From Piromyces finnis finn (taxonomy: Eukaryota > Fungi > Neocallimastigomycota): a DNA stretch of 33,249 nt. A program made the translations under genes and the position numbers. The stretch covers positions 1 to 33,249 of the forward strand of contig MCFH01000127.1 in NCBI GenBank assembly GCA_002104945.1, written 5' to 3'. The notes below the pieces were generated by a model that saw nothing but the letters and a program-made list of their open reading frames with translations, ran no database searches and was not told the DNA's origin. Shown here piece by piece: positions 24,411 to 33,249 of this stretch; position 1 is the stretch's first letter, and every line of letters starts with the position of its first letter.

Positions 24411-27092
24411 CTAGGCAGGGTTTTGGACACTAACCATGAATTCCTGGTAGCATTTATCTTGAAATTCCTTGAGTAGCTTATCATAGTGGGAGTTCTTGTC
24501 AATGATATCAGCATCAACCCACTCTTGTCTAAAGTCACTAAAGGTAGCTAAGTATTGGTAGTTATCCTTCTTTCTTCTGGCATTCATGATTTTGATAATT
24601 TTCTGGTAGCCCACTGGTGCAGGTGTTAGTTCTTCAGGTTTGTTATGGTAGGGTTCAAGTTCACTGATATGAAACACTGGGTAGACATTGGGGAAAGGTG
24701 ACTTGCTGATATCCAACCGGTAGTTAAGCTTGGTTTCATCAATTCTAATAACCTTGAAGGGACCGTACTTTCTTGCTTGTAGCTTGTAGAAGGGAAGAGG
24801 GTTGTAATTTTCTGGTTTTCTTAACCACACCAAATCCAGGAGCCTAATTTTAGGGTAGTTAAGTTCTCTTCTATGGTCCAAGTGGTCTAAGAACCGTGTT
24901 CTTGATATGTCCAGCATGTGCTTTAAGTTACCTAAGTTGTGAGCGAAGCTATCTAATATAGGAGCTTCACCAAGTGAGTGGACAAGTTCTGAGTCTTGAG
25001 GGTTCATATGTACCTGGTAGTTATACAAGGCTAGGAATGGGGACTGCTTAGTAGAACTGTGTACTGCATTATTATAGCAGAACTCAGCTAAGTACAAGTA
25101 CTTCAACCATTCGTCGTCATCAAAGGTCTTCACAAAGCATCTAAGGTACATACTTACGTAGGAGTTATTGCGTTCTACCTGACCAACTGTTTCATGATGG
25201 CCAGTAGTAGCAAGGTTTACTTCTACGCCAAAGAACCCCATAATGTCCTTCCACAACTTACTAGTGAACTGGACACCACGATCCGTAGTAACCGATTTGG
25301 GACAACCATGTAACTTGAATACATGTTGTAAGTATGCTAAGGCTGTTTCTTTAGCAGTAGGCATACTCCTAAATCCCACTAAGTGTATCATTTTGGTTAA
25401 CTTATCGCTACAAACCATGATACAACCTCTTCTAGTGACTTCTGGGGGTTCTGAGGGACTACTACCTGGTTTTCTACGTTCCTTAATAGGTAGGTCCGTC
25501 AGGAAGTCGATTTCTACTTCTTGCCAAGGTAAGTCTGCAACTTTTACCCTAGCAGCGCTACCGTACGGCTTGTGTCTGTTGTCCTTTTGGGTACAACATA
25601 TGGTACAAGCTTTAATATATCCCGCAATGTCATCCTTCATTTTTGGCCAGTAGTAGTTTCTGGCTATCAGGTCATAAGTTTTATCTTTTCCCAAATGACC
25701 TGCTGTTTCACTATCGTGGTTAAGTTTTATGATTGTTTCCCTTAACACCTTTGGTACATATGTACGTTCTGGTGCATCCTTTCTAACAATCAACCCATTA
25801 ACCATCAACCACTTCTTTTTGATGAGCTTGTGGCCTCTTTTTGCGTCAAGACCATCTCTAATTTCCCTAGCAAGCTCATTCGTGTTGTAAGCTTGTTTCA
25901 GTTCTCCCACAAAGCTTACTTCTAACACCGCATAGCACTCTTCTTCCACGGGTGGAAATTCTTTTACCTGTTCAGGTCGAAGGAGGCTAGCTTTTTCCAT
26001 CTCCAGTTGTACCTGTTCTGGAGATACCATTCTTGATAGGATATCGGCTCTACCATTCATTTTTCCTGGCCGATATATTATTTCGAAGTTGTATGCAGCA
26101 AACAGCTCTTGCCATCTTGCCTGTCTTGCTGTCAACAACTGTGGTTTTGTGGCGAACAGGAGATTCCTATGGTCACTATATACTAGGACCTTATGTTTCG
26201 CACCCATTAACAGGTGTCGCCACTCGATGAAAGCATTCCTAATAGCCAACAACTCCTTTTCCGTAATGGAGTAGTTGATTTCTGCTTTCGTAAGTTTCTT
26301 GGAATAGTAATACACAGGGTGTAGTTCATTGTCATCGCCTAGTTGTGATAATACACCACCCACTGCGTAGTTACTAGCGTCGCACTCCACTATAAACTGA
26401 CGGTCATGGTCAGGATATGCTAATACTGGTGGAGACAACAGCATTTCTTTTAACTTCTCGAACGCCTGGATGCGTTCTTCATTCCACAGGAACTGTACCT
26501 TTTTGGACGTCATCGCATATAACGGCCTTGCTATCTTAGAGAAGTCCTTTATAAACTTCCTATAATAGTTGCAGAATCCGAGGAATGACTGTAGTTCTTT
26601 AATGTTGGTTGGTTGTGGCCAACTTGCTACAGCTTTTAACTTTTCTGGGTCGGTTTTAATACCATATTTTCCAACTACATGACCCAGGAATGCAAGTTCT
26701 TCCTTGTGGAACTCACACTTCGCTAACTTAGCTACTAGACGATTATCTATTAGCTTTTGTAGGACTCTTTTTACATGCCCTACATGCTCTTCAAGTGACT
26801 TGGAGTAGATGATGATATCATCCAAGTACACTTGACAGCAGTCGTTGATTTCTTCTGCCAGCACCGTATTAATGAACCCTTGGAACGTGGCAGGAGCATT
26901 AGTCAACCCAAATGGCATCACTAGATATTCATAATGCCCAAACTTGGTTGAGAATGCCGTCTTGTATTCGTCACCTTCACGAATACGCACGAGGTTGTAG
27001 GCAGACTTCAAATCCAACTTGGAGAAGATAGTCGCGCCTTTCATAGCCTCAAACACTTGACTGATGAGTGGTAAAGGGAAGGAGTTACGCAC
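24411..27092 (-). CDS. pol: Pol C-terminal part: RT, RNase H, integrase, GPF motif, chromodomain-like tail (uninterrupted 893 aa; true start upstream)
   Basis: SKLDLKSAYN, YLDD, CDAS/EKE/SDH/RAD RNase H residues, H-H-C-C, IDF/TDRG/QVE DDE triad, YGPFKV. Confidence 0.95.
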   Translation of the reverse strand: MRNSFPLPLISQVFEAMKGATIFSKLDLKSAYNLVRIREGDEYKTAFSTKFGHYEYLVMPFGLTNAPATFQGFINTVLAEEINDCCQVYLDDIIIYSKSLEEHVGHVKRVLQKLIDNRLVAKLAKCEFHKEELAFLGHVVGKYGIKTDPEKLKAVASWPQPTNIKELQSFLGFCNYYRKFIKDFSKIARPLYAMTSKKVQFLWNEERIQAFEKLKEMLLSPPVLAYPDHDRQFIVECDASNYAVGGVLSQLGDDNELHPVYYYSKKLTKAEINYSITEKELLAIRNAFIEWRHLLMGAKHKVLVYSDHRNLLFATKPQLLTARQARWQELFAAYNFEIIYRPGKMNGRADILSRMVSPEQVQLEMEKASLLRPEQVKEFPPVEEECYAVLEVSFVGELKQAYNTNELAREIRDGLDAKRGHKLIKKKWLMVNGLIVRKDAPERTYVPKVLRETIIKLNHDSETAGHLGKDKTYDLIARNYYWPKMKDDIAGYIKACTICCTQKDNRHKPYGSAARVKVADLPWQEVEIDFLTDLPIKERRKPGSSPSEPPEVTRRGCIMVCSDKLTKMIHLVGFRSMPTAKETALAYLQHVFKLHGCPKSVTTDRGVQFTSKLWKDIMGFFGVEVNLATTGHHETVGQVERNNSYVSMYLRCFVKTFDDDEWLKYLYLAEFCYNNAVHSSTKQSPFLALYNYQVHMNPQDSELVHSLGEAPILDSFAHNLGNLKHMLDISRTRFLDHLDHRRELNYPKIRLLDLVWLRKPENYNPLPFYKLQARKYGPFKVIRIDETKLNYRLDISKSPFPNVYPVFHISELEPYHNKPEELTPAPVGYQKIIKIMNARRKKDNYQYLATFSDFRQEWVDADIIDKNSHYDKLLKEFQDKCYQEFMVSVQNPA

Positions 27093-27094
27093 TG

Positions 27095-28197
27095 TTACCT
27101 TATTAAGACGCCTATAATCAGTACATATCGTCTTTCACCACTCTTTTTGGGCACGAATAACACAGGATAACCTGCAGGACTCTCTGATTTCCTGATGAAG
27201 CCCTTTGCCAGGTTTTCCTCAATATATTCCTTCAGTGCTTTTTCCTCTTCTGGATTGAAGGGATATATAGGCCCTTTATGAAGACTAGCATCCGGCTCCA
27301 GGTCGATCTTACAGTCGTAAGGACGGTGTTCTGGTAGCTGGTTAGCTATTTCTTCATTAAATGCTTCTTTGAAATTGTGGTAGTACTTCTCCACGATTTC
27401 TTCAGGTGTAGGTTGATTTTCGTTTAAGTTTTCTTCCTGTACCAACCCTACGTAAATGTGATTTTTCTCTAAGTTTGACTCTTGTACCAACCCTACTGAA
27501 ACACAAGTTTTCTCTAAGTTGGAACTCGATGCCAACCCTCCGGAACTTCCGTCCCTGGTTTCTTTTGTAGCCTTGTGGCTACCATTACACACGATTTCGG
27601 CTTCGATGTTTTCTGCGGTTACAGTTACCAGAGGCCTTCTTGCTTTTGCATTAGTAACTGTAGTTATGGGACTTAATTGAGTACAGTAGTAGATATCGCC
27701 GTCATTTACACCATAACTGTTGGTGTGTTCTTTATCCTTATCATTATCTACTACGAAGTACCTCACTTGTGCATCTTTATCATAACCTCTGTAGATAAAG
27801 TGCTCATCCATGAAGCCCAGTCCCACAATGATTATCTCCGGCATGTAGTCGGATAGGTGACAACTTGTGTTGAAGCAGTATGGCTTAGCTTTTGTTCGCC
27901 AGATGGAGTTAACCATAACTTCAACTGCAAGTCATCTGAGAACTGCTTTAACTCGATATCACCATTCACAGTTCTGAATATGGCTGGTTTGTCCACTACC
28001 TTTAACCCGAGCTTCTTTGCTAAATTTGGGTGAATGAGGTTTGTAGTGGAACCAGTATCATACAAGACTTCTACCCTTTTTATATCTCGAGGGTTGCTTC
28101 TTGCATTTATTTCAGCTACTAGTTGGTTCTGACTGTAGTAGCTGTTATTGACCGTCGTTTGACTTGCCATAGCCTTAGGTAATGGGTTATTTCCCAT
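27095..28197 (-). CDS. pol: Protease, spacer and RT N-terminus (frameshifted in this sequence)
   Basis: VLYDTGS active site, IIVGLGF, LPEHRPYDCKIDL, SPAGYPVLFVPKKSG. Confidence 0.88.
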
Positions 28198-29774
28198 ACT
28201 AGAAGGTCCTTGCTTTGGTTGGAAGCTAGAACTTCTTCTAAAGCTTGACTTATTTAAGGATTCACGACGTTCTTTGGCACCGTTATTGTTTTTTACGTAA
28301 GCCTGAGTGTTGGTCTGCTCAACTTTAGGCTTATTATTTGGCTTGTTGTTCTTCTGCTTTAACTCAGCCCATCTAGATGGTCTACATGGTCTGTGATATC
28401 CAACAAGGCCATAATAGTGGTCTGGCGGTCTCTTTTGTCGTACTTTTCTATGGTTTCATTACGGAAGACTGCTTGGTGGTCATCGCACTTTAGCAAGACT
28501 TCATTAATGTTTCCAGCGTACGTTCCGGTTCAGGGATATCATAGAACGCTTCCCTGACAGAAGGCCTGACCTGTTGTATTAACACCTGTCTCCTAACATT
28601 TTCAGGAAGCCCAAGTGTTTCCGTCAATTCATTGAACTCTTCCAAGTAGTCGTATGCTTTTCCCCACTCATGTGTGAGCTTAAGCAACTTTGACTTGCAG
28701 AGTTCATGGGGAGACTCTGGTGGAAACTTATCTTGAAGGTGGAGGAATAGTCTTTCAGCATCGGGATTCCTACGCTGCAACATCCTCTCTCTAAGTCTAT
28801 ACCATCTCAATACTTTCCCACCTAGATGATCTTCAATGAAGCTAACCTTTGCCTTTTCGTCGTTACCATAGTCATATGGGTAACGTTTGAAATGACGTAA
28901 GCACTTCTCTTGAAAACCCTCTAAGTCTATCCCATTATTATCAAACATAGGCACTTTTTCTTCATACCTATGTACTCGCCAATCGAACATCTTCACTCCC
29001 CATCCTCGGAATATTCCGTAGGGTTGGTGCTGCTACTAGTTCCAGCACCATGAGGATTACCCATACCACCGGTTTGATAGGATGTTCTTTCATGAGCTCT
29101 GGCTTCAGCTCTTCTGTTCATGGCTTCGACTTTAGCCTCGAACAATTTTTCTCTTTCTTCTAGAGCGTTTCGTTGCTCCTCAATTGGCCATCTCTTCTTC
29201 AAGCTCTTTTTTATAAGAGACAAAGGCACTAGATTGACGGTACAACGTTTCTTGGTTGTTTAGCACTTGCTGGTGGTCTTGTAACCTTTCCTCATGTTCT
29301 GCGGTAAAGGCATTTTCCACAGCATGCAGCTCTTCCAAGCTAACTTGGCTAGCTGGACTCATTTGCTTCCAACCTTTGATCCACTTCAACAAATTTTTGC
29401 TGAAGAGCATCGTTTATCTCGCTCTTGTAAACCTCAATACCCCGAAGTTGTTCTTCCATAGCACCCAGACGGTTTCCCATACTAGCAAACTGGCTAGATA
29501 TTTCCGAAACCCATCTATTAAGAAGAACTTCAATGTGTTGCATTGGGTTTACCTCACTATTATTAGTAAAAAAGAAAGAAGGATCAACAGGGGTGGGCAT
29601 AGAATCCCCCTGTTGAACCTGTAAATTCTGATTAGATTCGACCTCAGTGCTTTCGAGAAGCACCGGGGTTCGAACCCGTGACATTCCCTCTACACCATCC
29701 ATGCCATCCGCGCTCGCCGCGTCAGGACGGGTCCCGTCCTTACGAATGATGTTTTTGTGTCCAATTATGGACAC
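28198..29774 (-). CDS. gag: Gag (coiled-coil N-terminus plus capsid-like domain), broken by several apparent one-base frameshifts
   Basis: ATG at 29774; capsid-like KVPMFD...KVSFIEDHLGGKVLRWY and AYDYLEEFNEL; no canonical CCHC knuckle seen. Confidence 0.8.
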
Positions 29775-30092
29775 CCCGAGGGTTAGGCGACTTACCTGCG
29801 TTTTTCATTTCTAATTCGAAAATAAATTCTTTTAATAATTAAAGAATTTATTATATAAAATATGGTTATAATGATTTTAAAATTACAAATAATGAATTTT
29901 TATGCTAAACTATTAAAAAATAATTATTTTTAATAATAAATTTACTTCTTTTAAATATAATATTTGAATATTATATAAAATATTGTAAATAATTATTATT
30001 AAACAATAATTTAAATAAAATAAATATGTTTTTTAAGAATTTTTATAACACTAACCTAATTAAAACTAAGCTAACGTAAGAACTAACTATAA

Positions 30093-30103
30093 AGCGTTAG
30101 TAT
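30093..30103 (-). promoter_or_regulatory. Self-priming primer-binding site (11 nt, ATACTAACGCT)
   Basis: Directly after the 5' LTR; exact complement AGCGTTAGTAT lies in the LTR at 30383-30373 (minus strand); no TGG tRNA-type PBS. Confidence 0.85.
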
Positions 30104-30594
30104 TGTAAAAGGTTTTTATATATGTTAGTTAATAAGTTAAATATAACAAGTTAATTAAGTTAGTTATTACCTCTCTATACGAGTTAATACTAAATAAGTT
30201 TTATAAAAAATAATAAAAGAACTAAAATAAATATTATAACACAAAAATAAATATAATACAATAAATATTAATATGAATATTATTTACTTAAATAATTATT
30301 ATAATTATTATCTTTTATTTATTAGTTATAATTATATACATTAATTATTATTATAGCTATTAATTTACTTTAATACTAACGCTAAAGTATTTAACGTTAG
30401 TTTTGACTATACTATTTAACTATATGAGTTTATTTTCTTTACCACTTGATTGGGTAAAGCAAATAGACTTCCTATTTAATTAATAACCATTAATATATGG
30501 TTATGCATATATTTGGCCAATAAATGGTGACCAGAATATATGGTTTCAATTGAAATATTTGTGGGCAAACTTATGGCTACAAATATTTCTTACA
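30104..30594 (-). repeat. 5' LTR of element T (491 bp)
   Basis: Minus strand TGTAAGAAATA...CCTTTTACA. Confidence 0.97.
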
Positions 30595-30605
30595 TATGAA
30601 GATTA

Positions 30606-30667
30606 TCCGCATTGGTCCAGTACACGCTTTCACCGTGGCGGCCGGGGTTCGATTCCCCGATGCGGAA
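30606..30667 (+). tRNA. tRNA-Glu-TTC: tRNA-Glu(UUC) lacking about 10 nt of the D-arm (pseudogene or sequence error)
   Basis: TCCGCAT/ATGCGGA acceptor, CTTTCAC anticodon loop and CGGGG-TTCGATT-CCCCG T-arm intact; only 62 nt long. Confidence 0.85.
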
Positions 30668-30677
30668 ATCTTTAAAA

Positions 30678-30751
30678 GCTCGCGTAGCCTAATTGGATAG
30701 GGCGTCAGACTTCTAATCTGAAGATTGCGGGTTCGAGTCCCGCCGTGAGTG
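30678..30751 (+). tRNA. tRNA-Arg-TCT: tRNA-Arg(UCU)
   Basis: GCTCGCG/CGTGAGT acceptor, TCAGA-CTTCTAA-TCTGA anticodon arm, TTCGAGT T-loop; no intron. Confidence 0.97.
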
Positions 30752-31609
30752 AAAAAAAATTATTTTATAGAATATTCATTAAGATAAAAAGGTAGTTTTA
30801 TTTACTTATCTATCATATATGCATTGCATTTCTTATTTTATAAATATATATATTCATTTATTCATTTGCCAAAATGAATTTTCTATATTATATTAACTTT
30901 AGAAGAATAAGTTATTAGGAATAGCAATTAAATAGTTAAATAACAAAAGGTTTTATTTTTTGTTTAATAATTTTTTTTTATTTTAATATTTTAAATGAAA
31001 TTTACGGTAGATTTGATTAATACTATAAGAGCATTATTATTAAATTTTATATAAATAATTAATCTTTTTAAAAAGATAGGTTTCAATTCAACTTAACTCA
31101 GCTCAACTATTATATATCTATCTATTATTTTTGAATTACTAAAGTTAAGTAATTTAAAATTTTATTCTAATTATTGGAGAGAATAATTTATAAAACTTAT
31201 AAAAAGGGAAACTATTTTTGAATATTAAATCATTAAAGCATTAATAAAATTATAAAATACTGCATTTTATGAGTTTGTAGAGTGTATAGTTGATTTTAAT
31301 ATTTTAATATTAATATATATTATTCTACTATAGTTTAATTTATTATCAGCGTCAAATCCCAAAATATATTAACATGGTGTTTTTGTATTCTTAATGAGGT
31401 ATAATTACTTCTTATTATGTGGAAATAATTCTATATAATTTTATACTCAAGGATTTATAATTTATGCCAAATTATAAAATTAAACTTAATGTTTTCTTGG
31501 AATATCAAAGACTAGAATTATTTTCAAATATTCTTATTTCTTAAGACAAATAGATAATAGATGGAAGCATTTCTATTAAATGCTTTATAAATTCTAATAG
31601 ATATATCAT

Positions 31610-31990
31610 ATATATTATACAAATTTAATATATAATACAATAATTACCATATTAAAATATAGCTCTGCTATTAATTTAATATATAATACAATAATTACCA
31701 TATTAAAAACACTCTGCTATTAATTTAATATATAATACAATAATTATCATATTAAAATATAAGCTCTGCTATTAATTTAATATATATAATAATTACCATA
31801 TTAAAATATAAGCTCTGCTATTAATTTAATATATAATACAATAATTACCATATTAAAATATAAGCTCTGCTATTAATTTAATATATAATACAATAATTAC
31901 CATATTAAAATATAAGCTCTGCTATTAATTTAATATATAATACAATAATTACTATTAAAATATAAGCTCTGCTATTAATTTAATATATTG
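31610..31990. repeat. 49-52-bp minisatellite, about 7 copies
   Basis: CTCTGCTATT core recurs at 31663, 31712, 31764, 31813, 31865, 31917 and 31967. Confidence 0.95.
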
Positions 31991-32569
31991 AATATATTGA
32001 TTTTTATAACACTTTATATTTGTGAATTTCTTTTAACATTTCTTGGAATTTTATTTAAATTATTTAAGGAAAAGATAATTTACAATATTATCCTTTAATA
32101 TTTCTTGGGATTATACTTAAATTATTTAGGAGAAAAATAGTTTACAATATTATTCTTTAATTTCTTCTAAGACAAATCAAATAAATGAGCGAATGTGCGG
32201 TTCTTTCTAATCGTAATTATTATTAAATATTTATGACTAATATAAAATATCACTTAAATTGCTTTATTAAATATTTATATATATAAAAGCATTTCTAGTG
32301 AATTAAAGGAATAAACCTTTATTTAAATACATAGTCATAAAAAATACTAATATTTCATAATTAAAATTGTTAAACTGGTGAGATTAATGATATATATTGT
32401 TTTTAATCTAATAATGATAAATGGACATTAATTAATCAATTCGATAATATTTAATTAAAATTTGTTTTTTAAAAATACTTTCAGAATTCATGATTAGCAG
32501 GATCATATAACATTTCTTATATTTATATTTTGATTTTAGTAAAAATTTATAAATATATATAATATAAAT

Positions 32570-32730
32570 ATATAATATAAATATAAATTAATAAATATAA
32601 ATATAAATATAAATATAAATATAAATATAATATAAATATAAATATAAAATAATATAATATAATAAATATAAATATAATATAAATATAAATATAAATATAA
32701 ATATAAAATAATTAAATATAAATATAAATA
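32570..32730. repeat. (ATATAA)n microsatellite
   Basis: Simple repeat. Confidence 0.92.
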
Positions 32731-32774
32731 TAATTAATAAATAAAAAGTGGTATATTTATATTTTTTATTAAAA

Positions 32775-32846
32775 TGGAGAGTGAGTGATTCGAACACCCA
32801 ACCTTCCGCTCTGGAGGCGGACGCGCTACCGTTGCGCCAACCCTCC
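32775..32846 (-). tRNA. tRNA-Trp-CCA: tRNA-Trp(CCA)
   Basis: GGAGGGT/ACTCTCC acceptor, TCCGC-CTCCAGA-GCGGA anticodon arm, TTCGAAT T-loop, TTTT terminator directly after. Confidence 0.97.
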
Positions 32847-33249
32847 CTTCATTGACTTCTATTAATTTTGTTATGGTATGATATTACCTTAATTCTATAA
32901 ATGAATATAGAAAGTGACAATCTGTATCTAAAATTTAATAAATAGAAATAAAAAAAAAATATAAATGATTTTTATACTTGTTCATTTGAAAATCTTTGTT
33001 AATTTAAATAATAAATTTATTTTATTTGTTCATTTGCAAGTCCTTGTTAGTTAAAAATATAAATTTATTTTATTTAATTATAAAGTTTTAATATTTAATA
33101 ACTCTTGTATTATTATATAATATATATATTATTATTTTCAATACATCTGTATGTGTATTATTATAATTACAAATATTATTTTATATAAATTATATATCTA
33201 ATTTTACTGGATTATTAGGAACCATTTAATAAATTTAATATAAATATAT

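Larger units (their letters stand above)
23896..30594 (-). mobile_element. Full-length Ty3/gypsy LTR retrotransposon (family T; Tf1/sushi-like chromovirus), 6699 bp
   Basis: Two nearly identical TG...CA LTRs, TSD TATGA (23891-23895, 30595-30599), PPT, PBS and gag-PR-RT-RH-IN-chromodomain order. Confidence 0.98.

Noticed and set aside
25243-29624. Plus-strand ORFs inside element T (25243, 26033, 26089, 29256)
   Set aside because: Antisense shadows of a GC-richer coding strand; no domain signatures.
32915-32930. TGACA 68 nt upstream of tRNA-Trp as a fourth distal-window LTR end
   Set aside because: No recognisable homology to families C or E beyond 5 nt.

Overview
Extremely AT-rich eukaryotic DNA with no recognisable host protein gene. 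An anaerobic gut fungus (Neocallimastigomycota) is my best guess from composition and repeat content; this is inference only. The window is an LTR-retrotransposon graveyard built around five tRNA genes: Val-UAC, initiator Met, Glu-UUC (D-arm deleted), Arg-UCU and Trp-CCA. It holds one young, full-length 6.7 kb Ty3/gypsy chromovirus-like element (23896-30594, minus strand, TSD TATGA), two decayed gypsy copies, solo or partial LTRs from six families (my labels T, A, B, C, D, E) and many micro- and minisatellites. Main discovery: tRNA genes act as layered, position-specific landing pads. Family T sits 11, 12 and 13 nt upstream of three different tRNA genes, each with its own 5-bp TSD. A family D LTR is stacked at 17 nt. 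After subtracting later insertions, family E and C LTR ends sit 66, 66 and 67 nt upstream of the same three tRNAs. The full-length T element has no tRNA primer site; it has a Tf1-type 11-nt self-priming PBS with a U5/leader stem, plus an atypical chromodomain and an integrase-core insertion. Alignments and counts were done by eye, so poorly defined boundaries may be off by a few nt.
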